NCBI GenBank assembly: GCA_051530055.1
Contig: CM121343.1
Location: forward strand, 1,458,389-1,522,388
DNA from: Neoechinorhynchus agilis
Taxonomy: Eukaryota > Animalia > Acanthocephala
Direction of reading: 5' to 3'
Length of the DNA stretch: 64,000 nucleotides
Shown: one piece after another, positions 46,327 through 58,359 of the stretch
Position numbering within the stretch: position 1 is the stretch's first letter
How the letters are laid out: every line of letters begins with the position of its first letter
Made by a program: the position numbers and the translations under genes
Notes under the pieces: generated by a model
The model's input: only the letters and a program-made list of their open reading frames with translations
Told to the model about the DNA's origin: nothing
Databases searched by the model: none

Positions 46327-47162
46327 ATGTTCAGGGAAAAGATTTGCTTAAACCTCGAATGGAATTTATTACAAACGCTATATGATTCAATGATTCCGAC
46401 AGTTTTGTACACGATGCTTTACTTTCTCATACCGGTGCCCATGAACATAAAGCAATGCGGTCGACAATTCGATTTTAGAAGTCGCATTCCATCGACAATC
46501 AATGCTATAATTTGTTCCTACTGTGCTATATTCTTATTTCTTTCCTCGGGTATAGAATACAGATTACTGCGAATTAGATCTTATACTGAACCGGTATATG
46601 AACACAAACTCGTGAAATGGGTTTTAGCACAGTTTAACGGATTTTTAATAAAGCAGAGATCACCTACAAGCTACTTTTGACTTCGGGTATCCCTGTAATA
46701 ATGGATCTCGTCGCTATTTGTCTCCATGGACGATGGTCGCATCTCAACTATGTCGCTCATCATTTATTTGTGTTAGCTTTGAACGTAATTGTACATAGTA
46801 GCAACTTTGTTCCGCAATTGGCTCATATAAAATTTCTTATGGAGGTAAGTACCCCCTTTGTCAATCTAAGATGGTACCTGAGAACCCATCGAACACTAAA
46901 AGGTGAAGTAAAAACAAAAACAGAGTTGGAAAGAATAGTTGAAATCATCATTTTCATACTATTCTTCGCTTTCAGGATATGTCCTATTCCTATTTTCTGG
47001 ATAATGAGATTTCAAATACAACGTCCTTTGGATCTTCTCTTTTATAGCAACCTTGACTTATTTATGACGACAATGGTGATTTGCCTTGATGTACTGAACG
47101 CTTACTGGTTTGTGAAAATAGCTGTACTTGCAAAGACAGTCTTCAAACATAAGGAACACTGA
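46327..47162 (+). CDS. TLC-domain membrane protein (TMEM56/TLCD4-like); proposed exons 46327-46651 and 46702-47162, 261 aa
   Basis: FRSRIPSTINA, GFLIMDL (after removing 50 nt), AHH, MEVSTPFVNLRW, FFAFRI, LNAYWFVKI. Confidence 0.85.
46652..46701 (+). other. 50-nt hairpin insertion / candidate non-canonical intron
   Basis: TAATAA direct repeats (46646-46651, 46696-46701) and inverted arms CAGAGATCACC / GGGTATCCCTG; removal restores the frame. Confidence 0.6.
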
Positions 47163-48169
47163 ACTTGGCAATAAACAATGCTCAAGGTATTAAATCTTTA
47201 CAAGGATGCGCACAGTAATCCTCATTGTAGGAACTGCTCTTTTACAGAATAAACAGCAACCTTCCGAACTATGAAAGCTTTTAGGTTGAAAGATCTAATT
47301 AAATTAATATTTTATGAACCTAGCAATCGCCCTATGGACCTGCTTCCGTTTTAATCCTTCAGATGTTACCCGATTAATTGGCACAACCTTAATCCTTGCC
47401 ATTAATTGTGAACGGATCACATTTCCTTGGCACTTTACTCAATGTCATGCGACTTTGTCTTGGTTGTATTGACAATCAATTTATCCCCAGTACTTAAATT
47501 AATTTTCTCAGCACTCAACATGTTATTATTTATTTCAAAATTAAATTTTGTGGCTGATTTCGATCGGTATAACATTCGCCTAATCGTAATGAGGGAAGAA
47601 GAGCAAATAACAAAATCGTAGCCTAGTACTTTTTCAGTTTGAATTTCGGCAACCGGTTTTATTGCAAAATTTAGATCTTTTCAAACCATCGATCAATTCC
47701 GAAACGAGGGTCCTTTACTAAAAATGTAATAAAATTCCTTATGATGGTTACAAAACTGGCTAGGCACTGCGGGTTCCACTCTCCTAAAATAATATCTGGT
47801 TCTCAATTTAAGAAATGAGTAATGTTGTTTCTAATAAAACGTGAAACCTTCCTTGTTGCAATATAAATATTTATCAGTGTAAGCGACTGCTTACCTTTCA
47901 AATCTTGGTTACTGCGTAAAATATACTAAATCTTAAGGTTTATATGGAAAAATCATGTCTTTATTTCAAACAGTAGTTTATAAAGAAGACTAATTTATTA
48001 GAGTTTGTAAACCTTCAAGAAATTGAGACTATTATTAAATTTATGTTTCTGTAAAGCACTTAATACGAGGTCGACAAATATTTTCAGTAAGTTTACCTAA
48101 CTTTTCCAGCTTAACCACACTTTTGTGATTCCATTTGGAAGTGAGCATCGCCAAATTATCAGATTGTTT

Positions 48170-48480
48170 AGCCAGCACCACCGACGACACCGATTCCGTC
48201 CCCTCGCTTCGTTTAGAACCTAGATGCTAGGCCACAATATGAAGACGGAAACTTGCCCGCCCAAAACGAGCAAAGTGAATATAACAACATCAATGTGACA
48301 ATTTCAATTTCGCCAGTCATGGATCAAACACGAACGAGCTTCTCAGCAGAATTCTGTGAGGTTCTGATGAAAACAGGAGTTCTAAGGGTTCATGGCCCCG
48401 TGATTCACGTTGCGGCGGTTCCGGTTCATCCCCAAAGTCCATTGATAGTTGGCCTAAAAATCCTATCACCAGTACAAAAT
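48170..48480 (+). mobile_element. CRE-like element 5' fragment
   Basis: caccaccgacgacacc...atatgaagacggaaacttgcccgcccaaaacgagc matches the reverse complement of ~54600-54690; KTGVLRVHGP finger remnant. Confidence 0.65.
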
Positions 48481-48801
48481 TAAATTCCATTTGAAGGGAA
48501 TATTGTACGAGTTTTGCCTAGTGACGTTCTTAAAATAATCCCAAGGGGCGCGTGATATCAGGCCGCAAAGAGATTCACCTCTCTATTGACAGACTGCATT
48601 GAAACTAACTCAGAGTTTTCGTGGATGCGTCTCTTTGTGTTCCCTACATTAGTGTTTTCCGCCATTGATATTACTAGCAGTCTGACCACGAAGCTCAATA
48701 GTTAGCCGCAAAGCTTGCAATCCATCCCTATTTTTCCAAAAGCATTGTACTCATTCAAAAAGCTTATTTTTGGTCAGTAAATAATTTTAGCTCTGTCGCC
48801 C

Positions 48802-49143
48802 TCAGTGATAACAAACGTTGGCATCCTTACAAACGAGACACTCAGTGCACTTTGGATCGTGTCTTGTGCAGGTGGTGCCGGCAAGAGTTAAACGAACTCC
48901 ATTCACGGCGCCAAAGTCCAAGAGCCGTGCGTTAGGCCATCGATGGAGGTACTGTCCTTCAAAGTAAATTCGCTGCATGCACAGAGGAATGCATGAAACC
49001 TTCGCGATTTTCTCTTGGAGATCCGATACTCTGATAGGCCTATCTCATTGCAAGTACAACGGCAACATCGTTGAACCGTGCTGAACTTCCAAATTGACGA
49101 CGTACATGCCTTTGAGAGGGTAGTCGTGGCACGGTGTTTCCAT
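48802..49143 (-). pseudogene. Ubiquitin-like (BAG1-type UBL) domain ORF with Cys-rich tail and one in-frame TGA
   Basis: MYVVNLEVQHGSTMLPLYLQ*DRPIRVSDLQEKIAKVSCIPLCMQRIYFEGQYL..LLDFGAVNGVRLTLAG-TTCTRHDPKCTECLVCKDANVCYH*; TGA at 49047-49045. It is missed by the ORF track. Confidence 0.65.
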
Positions 49144-49669
49144 TCTGAAGACGAAGTTGATGAACGTCGCATTACTAAATTTTGAACATAATAGATATTT
49201 AGTTGCCATGGTGATCAATCCGTAGAGCTAACGTATTTAAGCTTAATTAGTTCTGTTTTTTTGTAATTAAATCCAATTCAAGTTTACTTATAAGCAATTG
49301 CTCTCTTTAGCGCTGGAAATAAAAGCAGCTTTGCTTAATGACTGCAGCAACGGTACAAACAATCAATAAATAAGATCGTTTAAATCTAGCCTTGTACGAT
49401 TAAACGTCGTAAATGATATCCTTTTTTTCAGGGTCAAAGGGGTTCAAAATCATTTATCGCCGATGCTTTCATCGTCTCGTCTAATTGTGAATGTCTTCTA
49501 ATGGTGGTCTCTATCGCATTCGGAATGGGCATGGTTTCTGAATACAAAACGTGGTTATTGAACATCAGATCATACTGATCATAAGATCATTTTCCATTGG
49601 CATTCACCCGAATTTCCTCATTTCTCTCCACAAAACGTGGTTGTTGAACAACAAGGAGGTCAGAAATAG

Positions 49670-50150
49670 AAGTTCAACAAGGGGATCCTTTGGGCCCAAT
49701 AGTCTTCTCACTCGCATTCAATCCCGTCGCGCATTCTCTCCAGTCAAACTTTAACGGCTGATACCTTTATGGTGCCACGCTCGGAGGTACCTCCTCTGTA
49801 GTACTGCGCGATTTGGAGACACTCGTGAAGGAGACGGCGAAAATTGGCATTGAATGCTGCCAAGTGCGAGATTTTTAGTGATGAACGTGGAAGATGAAGC
49901 GAACAGGCAAAATATCGTGAAAGATTATCAGAACCTGGCCCCCTGGATAGAATTGATCACCCTAGGCCGGTTGAGCCTTCTAGGAAGATGCATTTTTTGT
50001 TCTAATGTAGAGCTGTTCGGCACTTGCCGCTGTTCAGAGTTGATCGTCCAAAGAAGGTTGTGCCGGCACGATAAAGTTTCGAAGTGCGGAGCATATCACA
50101 TACTGCGCAGCACGGAGAGACTGGAAATCGCTGACGAGGAAGGACGAGGA
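49670..50150 (+). mobile_element. Decayed CRE-like RT fragment
   Basis: VQQGDPLGPIVFSL..PVAHSL..ATLGG, collinear with 34680-35150. Confidence 0.7.
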
Positions 50151-50341
50151 AACGATGGGTGGATTGCATTAAACAGGATAAATTGCTTGTCGATGGAACC
50201 ACAACTTCTCGAGAGAGAGAAAAAATGCGTGAGTGAAAAAGAGAAGAACGTGATCAATTTTGATAACACGGCGTTAGCAGTTCGAAATGCACCGATGGAA
50301 GGTGTACACAATCGTAGGAACCAGCAGGCTTCATTGCCAAT

Positions 50342-52323
50342 CTATTGCGTACGATTATTTTGATTTCTGCTTTTAATTATTCCATCCAGGAGTCTCAGGA
50401 TATCCGTATTCTTTACAAATATACTCGGATTTTCATGCTGCTGGTCAATAAATGAAGAATTTTCGCTCTGCTGTGTCAACCAGTCGTTATTTAAGGAATC
50501 CCGGAATCCATCACGATTATCGGCCTCAAACGAATTCCCTTCTTGTGCTTCTGCAGCACTATCGCCCTCTGAAATCGCATTCAACTGAATTTGTCGGATA
50601 TACTCGTCATATTCGGTCGGCTCATTCCACCACTCATAAATCTCAGCTTGAGCGTTGACGAACGTAACTCCACCTTCCATAGGGTTACTTTTTATTGTCC
50701 TGGAACTTTGCTTTGCTGGGGGCGGCAACAAATCGTCTTGAATTCCAGCATCTAACGCCCTTTTATGCGAATGCGAGACTTCCTCCTTCAAAGCTGGTTC
50801 ATTCGAATTTCTATTACGCAATTGTGCGCTAGCAGCAGTTTGGTCGTAGAAACTAATTGAGCCCTGTTCGTTAATATTTTCGAGCATTTGCCCAGCGTGA
50901 ACAATTCGCGAGTCGTTTTTTTTGTCACATGATTTTCTCTCGAACTCCTTGGCAGAATACTCCGCTCCTGGTTCTTTTAGTTCGCTAATGGCGCCCCCGG
51001 ATGGTTCCATTTTCTGTTTCTTCGCCTCGGCAATTATTTGATCAATGAAAGCTCCAACTTCATCTGGGTTAGAACTAGTGTTTGGCGCTGTATTCATCTT
51101 CCGAATAGTGCATTGGTTTCTAGAAAATGGATTCGCACGGACTGTCCCAGAGACCTGATGTCCCGTTGGAACACTTTCTCCGAGTGTCATTTGATTTGAG
51201 TTTGTTTGTCCAATTGTTTCGTTATTAATATTTACAAATCCTTCTTGGTTCGAACTGTTAACATGACCTTGAAAAGTATTTCCAACTGGATTCATTAACG
51301 TAGCCGTGGATTGGTTTGCAGAATTTGGATCCGCCGGCATAGTCATAGGACCTTGCAATCCCATTGGACCACTTGCTCCGATACCCATTTGTGGTAGGCC
51401 GAAATTTGTAATATAATTTCCATGGTATGTGTGTACCGTTGGAGTATTCAGATTTGCTGGAGGAAGGTAAGTATTATTTATTTTAATTCCATTATTCATT
51501 TGTTGATTTGTGCCATCATAGCCCCATTGTGTGTTCATGGCATTTTGAGTTATAATATTGTTTTGGTGCTGGAATTCAAATTGTTGTCCAAGAGCATTTG
51601 GTTGAAAATTTCCGTTGTATATTTGTGCTGGCTGATACCACGGATTATAGTTCATGGCAAATGTATTAGGTGGGATATTATTATAAGTTTGAGATCCGAA
51701 TTGTGGCAGCTGATTGTTTCCATTGGGTTGATACAAATTTGGAGCTAATTGCTCCTGGGTACCATGGATTTCGGTCGTAAACGGGTTGGGAAAGTCTCCG
51801 GTTCTTGTCCGTGTAGGTCCCCGTCCTCTTCCCGGTCTACGTCCGTCACGCGCTGCATTCATATTTTCCTGTGTAACCCGAGGTCGCTTTGCTGGACGTT
51901 CCTTTATATTGTTTGGATCGTACGTCCAATAGGATGCTCTGCAACCTGTGGCGCTAACCACCCTTACAAATTGATCATGGTGTGATAAATTGTGTCTTAT
52001 CGAGTTCTATAATTGAGATATTATTGAAGTTTTAAAAAATGAATCATGGCGATGCTCACCTTCATTTGATCGATATCTCTTTTGACGGTCATTGATGCGA
52101 AATATTCAACATTACTAATCATCCAATTGTAGATTTCTTGTAGTGTTAGTCGCTGCTCTGCTGAGGTTGTAATCGCCAGCTGAATAAGTTCAGCATAAGT
52201 GGCGAATCCCCAAGGATTTTGTCGTCTCCCAGGTATCCTTACAATCTCAGTGGCCGCCTGTTCATGTGGATTTATTGTCGCTGAGGCATTCTCGTAATTG
52301 TTTAATCGATTTAGATTGTTCAT
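50342..52323 (-). CDS. FOXO: Forkhead box O transcription factor; exons 52323-52060 and 52006-50342 (642 aa if this ATG is the start)
   Basis: RRQNPWG..YAELIQLAI..EQRLTLQEIYNWM..YF..MK|NSIRHNLS..FVRV..SYW. A canonical 53-nt GTGAGC..TATAG intron (52059-52007) sits at the conserved K|NSIRH position. The true 5' end is uncertain. Confidence 0.88.
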
Positions 52324-53589
52324 TGAAGTTGTTTGATCCTTGAAATTTGACGTTGTTACAAAGTTTAAGAATCAACGTGAATAGACGATCTTCAAGTGTT
52401 AAGCGCAGCTTATATACTCCTGGATGTTTCTTGAAAACATTGACACCTAATCCAAGTGAAAAATATTGTATTTTTGAGTTCAAGTACACTTATAATTCGT
52501 AGTTAGAATTTTGAAACAGTTCGCCTCAGAATATGCAGATACATTTAAAATTACCAGACATTGATTTCTAGTACTCACCAAAGATCGACGTTTTTTAGCA
52601 ATTAATAAATACACACGTTGATCCTCATCGGATTTAAACACTCTTACACGTCTGAATGTTCTGAAGGACGGGTTGGTCCTCATCGTTTGTGAGTTTATTT
52701 GGTATAAAATTCAATAAATGAGCTGTTCGAAAGTTAAAAAGCTGTTTACTTTAAAAATGTGTCCTTTTTCAATCACAGATCAAAACATTTTTGTCTCTGT
52801 TAAATTGATGATCTCGTCAATAAACACTTTGCCTTGAAAGTTGCGACGAAATCAGAAGGAAACTATAATGCTACTTTATATGGGTTTTGGCTACAATCAG
52901 TAGTCTTCAAGAAAACCAAACAATCTGCTAATCATTTTTTTTTAATTTTTGTTGGCGACCAGCTTAACCGCTTTAAATCAAAAATTAAGCAATTTGAAAA
53001 TCACCAACATGGAACACGGTTTGTTGCTGGAATTTCACTTGAATTAACATAATTAAATTGCACTGTCATGAAATACTTAGAAACGCCTCTGGTTTGAACG
53101 AAGCTTTTAAACACCCAGGAATGTATAAAACTATATTTCAATTCCACATATTTCACTTTATTAATTTATAAAGTTTACTTCCAGGTAGACATTTAAAAAA
53201 TAAAGTATTATCGCACTATATTTTCCATCCTCATGATCGATCAGGTTTCTTATTGGCACTTGGACGCGCAGTTGTAGATATGAAGAAAAATCAATATTTT
53301 TGAGCAGTCGACGTCTTACGGCTTCTTCAGAAATTTACAAAGGCAAGTGGAGTTGTGAAGTGTGTTGAAGTAGAGACATCGAACGGAAAGTTCGTCCCGC
53401 CTGTTGAGCAGTACTGTGGCTTTGCCTAGCTGATGTCCAGAACTCGCCCGCGCATTGTCCGCGAAAACGCTCGTTGCGCGGACAATCGGGACATCATTTC
53501 TCGGTCGTCGTAGCATTTTCCGAACGTGGCTAGTGAATTTTCACTCAGTGAAAATTGCGTTCACTAGCTCTATCGCCAATCGTTTCTCC

Positions 53590-54720
53590 GTTAATGACGA
53601 TGAGGAAACCAGCGCTGTCTTTATCAGGCGGTCGACTTCCCGAGAAAGCGCACTTCCTAGAAAGAGAGCTGCTTCACCAGTTGAAAAGGACATCATGTCC
53701 TTTAGGTGCTGAGGCCTTAGCCCATCAAGCCCATGACCCGAACCATTTGCAGAAGATGAGATGGCATTTTTTAACTTTGAAATTTGAGTGGGTGTCCTGT
53801 CTTGTATGGGAGGTGGTGGAATTTCAAAACTGCCACTACTGCATGGATGTTATGACCGGAGTATTTGTAGTGTCGCGTTGTCTCCTCGTGCAAAACTGTC
53901 GGAGGATGACAATAACCGAACAGCCCTCCGAACATCTCCGTCCGCAAGCTTCGAAGAGACACATTCAGTCAGTGATCGCTTTGAAAAACGGCAACGAAAC
54001 CCTTCCTTCGTGCGTCCTTTACGAACCTCGCGAAATTTCATTTCGAAATTGTTAAATATCTGTTCGAAAGAGGCCACCCTTTCCCTGATTGTTGATGTCA
54101 TCACTGGTGCAAAGAATTAAGCGCGGGAATGCGAAGAGCCGTGTCCATGATGGCGCACAGTTCCCTTGGAGGCGATCGTTTGAGTGCGCCCTTTGGGATC
54201 CGTTTCAGGACGTTCCTGGGAGAAAGCGCACGATATCAGGTATCGAAATATAGTCAGTTGTGATCTTAGAGGTCCGAGGTATAAACAGCTCGGTCGATTG
54301 TGGTGCAGAATCAGACTCTCTTCAGCGGAGATCCCGGGGACCGTGGGCAAACGAAACCCCAAATTGGTTAATTTATAAGACTTACCGCAAACCGAGCACA
54401 CACCAGTAGAGACGTGGGGGAGTCCGGCAGCGTTGATCTTCTCAGGTTAGCGTGATCGATAAGCGGCGCATTCAAGGTGTCTGCGCCAGTAGCGTCGATT
54501 GTAGGCGATATGAACGCAGTTCGCTGCTTATTTTCAGTCGAGATTTTCTTTGAGAACTGAGCCTTCGAATTATCAGAATTTTCTGGCGGTTGCATTGATG
54601 GCTCGTTTTGGGCGGGCAAGTTTCCGTCCTCATATTGTGGTCTAACATGCAGGTTACGAGCGAAGCGAGGACGGTGTCGTCGGTGGTGGAGGCCGCAAAT
54701 CATTTGCAACTATACAGCAG
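53590..54720 (-). mobile_element. CRE-like element 5' half (zinc finger to RT start), decayed
   Basis: CSVCGKSY finger, ECVSSKLADGDVRRAVRLLSS, GSGHGLDGLRPQHLKDMMSFSTGEAALSLESALSR (the same peptide as at 34.1-34.25 kb). Confidence 0.85.
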
Positions 54721-55559
54721 ATCTTTCAATTTGTAAAGCGTTGGATATTTTCACCAGCAATATTGTAATATTTCCAATCTTTTATACTAAAAACTCCGTG
54801 AACACACTATTTACTTTTTGTAGGAAAATCTTTTCATATCAATAATTTTTTAAAGACGACCGGATCCTTTTGTGATCCTCGATCTTTAATTCACTTTGCG
54901 GATTGCTAATAAATAAGGATGCAACGATGGTTGAAACCTAATTTTATAGCGGCAGGGGCATCGAATGCGAATTATAATGTGAATGAGATTATTTGTCAAA
55001 CGAAGTTAAAAAAAGTGGTTTTGTATTGCTCATAATTGATTGTTTTTCAAAGATGTCCCTGTTTATTTTTGTAAAATACTGTAATACGCAATTCAAAAAA
55101 AGCAGATTTTTCTAGCACTTGTGTATGTAAATGAAATATTCTTATGTTTCTGCATAAGCGATCTTGTTGTTTTATTAGAAATACTATAAAACCAAAATGA
55201 TCGGCAGAAAATGATTAACCCTTTTTATTGTCTCAAAACCGCGTACACGTTGTAAACTAAGTAGAGCTGTCGTTGGAAATTTTTGACTTAATCTCAATTA
55301 AGTTAATCTTTGACAGAACGATTTAATTTAACGCTTTTTAAGTTTCACTCGCTTTGCTTTATAGTGAAAATTCAAAAGGACTTGTATTGGGTCGTAAAAG
55401 GTAAGTCTAATAAGCTTTGTTGGATTCGTCGCAACTTTCAAAGAAAGGTTTTTATTGATGAGATCATCGATATCGAAGGGCACAGGAGGTTTTCCTTTGT
55501 GGTTAAGGTAGGATTCACTTTTCAAAAAACATCAAAAGAGCACCAATTTACGCTAACGA

Positions 55560-57240
55560 TCTTCGCGTGGGGCCGGTTTAGAACGATCACCACTTTGGAT
55601 TTTTTCGACTTCATAAAAAGCTCTCAAAAACGTGCCTAAAAGTGCATCACACAGGATGCCCGTAACTCTTTTCCAGTTATTCCACCAACATTGAGCCCTC
55701 TGCCCAATTTCAGGTGCAAGTTCACAGGAAATGTTTAACAGGCTGCCCAGATATTTGAAGTTATTCCTCTTTTCGACATTTTCACCTGGTCCCATATCGT
55801 TTTGCTCCTGCTAATTTTCAGGCCGTTGCTTTCTAAGCACTGTCGCCAATTCTCCAACATTTTCTCGAGTGTCACCGAGTCCCTCGCCGTGAGCAGCAGA
55901 TCATCTGCTAATAATGTCGTCCAGGGCGCGTTCATCTCTGCATTTCCTAGGACATCGATGACTGTCGCGAACAAGAATGGGCTAAGCACTGAACCTTGAT
56001 GTAGACCAATGGACACCTGAAAATAATCTGTCCTTCCTATTTGACATTCCACGCTGGTGAAACACTTTTCATACATCGTTTTGATCGTGGTCACAAAATG
56101 CTCTGGACAGTTTCTCTTCCTCAAACTGGCCCAAATCAGGTCTCGGGGCACGGTGTCATATGCTTTCTCCAGGTCGATGAACACACTGTGCAACGAACGA
56201 TGTTTCTCATTAAATTTTTCATAGCACGAAGATCGCGTCGACTGTGCTTCTACCTGGCACAAAGCCGCGCTGGGCTTCGCTGATTTGGATCTCCTCCCCA
56301 ATCCGATTGTCAGCCATTCGCTCCCACAATTTCATTGTGTGGGACATCAGCTTGATGCCACGGCAATTGTTGCACTGCAAAATGTTGCCTTTACCCTTAA
56401 AAATCGGCACAAGTATGCTTCTTTGCCATGCTGACAGAATGTTTTGCTCTGCATCTATCTTTCGAAAGAGTCTAGCAAGCAGTTTGACTAAGAAGGCGTC
56501 CAAACATTTCCATAACTCAATCGGGATGTTATCTGGACCGGCACTCTTACCAATCTCCATCATTCTGATCTGCGATCCGACCTCATCGTATGAATACGGT
56601 CTAGTCATATTGATATTCGGCTGTACTTGTTCAATAGGCAATCTTTTATTCTCTATGTTCAGGAGGGATCCGAAGTACCGTACGATGTCCCTTGACCTTT
56701 TTTCCCGGATTTTGGCCAACTTGAAGATAATATCCCTCCCGTTATCTCTCCTCCAGCTGCGGATTCCCTCTTTGCCTTGGCGCATTCTCGGGCAGCCTTC
56801 CTTTTTGCGTCTTTGTATGCGTCTTTGTTATGGGTTGAAGAATCGAAATCTAATATTTTCCTTGCTGCTCTTTTTGATTGATGGCGTCCTTGACCGTTTG
56901 ATTCCACCATCATGCCTCTTTGTTCGGAGGTGGAGGTTTCCCCGACGTCATTCCCAAGATGATTTTGGCTTCTCGGATGATAACTTCGACCGTCCCATCT
57001 CACCAGGTTTCTACTTCGACCACGTTCTTGCTTAGTTTCTGGGTGAGCACAATCCTCATCTTTTCTTTGAGGATAGGATCTTTTAGCTTCCACTACTTGA
57101 TTTTTCGTGAGATGCTCGGTGTCTGCCGCTTGCCTTTTACCCTAATCCTGAGGTCGGCCACTAGTACTCTATGTTGCATCGCACCCTCTTCGCCTAATAT
57201 GGTCTTGGCATTTCAGACTTCGCGAGTATGTGTGTAGGTG
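55560..57240 (-). mobile_element. RTE-clade LINE fragment
   Basis: QHRVLVADL, KSAGPDNIP, CRGIKLMSHTMKLWER, FIDLEKAYDTVPR, GLHQGSVLSPFLF, LADDLLL, FKYLGS. Confidence 0.88.
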
Positions 57241-57942
57241 TCTTGTCTTCGCTGCTTAAATTTATAGGGGATGATCCTAAGAAAATTAATAACTTTGGAT
57301 ATATCCGCTTAAATAATCTTCCTTAAATCAAGTGACTTGGCAAGGAAGTTCTTCGCTTGTGCTCCAAAAAATAAATCAAGAAGTAGAATTTGCAGTTAAA
57401 ACAATTTCTAATAAGAAAATCTTCTGAGTTTTGCCTAACTGAAATAGCGTCGGGGATGACAGATATTGTCTTCAACGATTCAATATCACACAAGATACGA
57501 ACCTGCTCGTCCTCTACTCCCAAATATTTATCTGGAGGTTCTGAGGGCCGCGGTCCTCCACTGTTTGTGTATATTATTAGGGAGCTTGTAGGTACGTGAT
57601 TAGTAGATGCTTGAAAGCATTAACTGATTATGATCTTCCTGTGTTTCAAATATCTATTCTATTGTTGGAGTGCGTTTAGGACATAAGAAAAAACGCTACA
57701 TTTTATCCACCTTTTGCATCACCCTTTTCTATTTACTCAACGTACGAATTTTACATTCTTTAAAGCAATGCAGACTATTGAATACTAAACAACTTTGTTC
57801 CTATTTTTTGAATATTTTGTATTAGATAAAAAATATCGATAAACACTATTATTGACCATTTATTTTACAAATATTACATATTCTTGAATCCCCTCGCACA
57901 ATCGAGTACAATTGACTCAACTGGTTTTCTTATTAAGAATGT

Positions 57943-58359
57943 CTATTGGTTGTTGCATATTCGCTCTGCTTGAATTCGTTTGGATTCCACCAAAATCGAA
58001 AAAAGAGGTTTGAATTCGTTCAATACCCCATCTTTATGATAGTCCCACAAAACACGTTCCCACGACAAAGATGCTACTTTCACATTGCCGAGGAATCTCT
58101 GAAGCTGTATGTCTTGTACTCTCACATCAACTTTGCTAAATCTTCGCAAATATTCCAGCGTTTTATGAACATCCACTTGTAGCGATTTCAAAATGAGCTC
58201 ATAATAAATGCTATTTGCAGAGTAGAGTAGCGAAACCTTTCGCACCAGAAGGCAATGCTCAGATCGAGCAAAACTCATAGAATGTAGCTGCTTTACTGCT
58301 TCGTTTGTTCGAGAAATAGCAACACGCAAATCTCTAGTCAACGATTCAATTTGAAACAT
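57943..58359 (-). CDS. Unknown repeated ORF, copy 2 (138 aa, open)
   Basis: Paralog of 40662..40964. Confidence 0.45.
   Translation of the reverse strand: MFQIESLTRDLRVAISRTNEAVKQLHSMSFARSEHCLLVRKVSLLYSANSIYYELILKSLQVDVHKTLEYLRRFSKVDVRVQDIQLQRFLGNVKVASLSWERVLWDYHKDGVLNEFKPLFSILVESKRIQAERICNNQ

Noticed and set aside
47373-47406. Small hairpin ATTAATTGGCA..TGCCATTAAT as a third micro-intron candidate
   Set aside because: No recognisable coding context or TSD.
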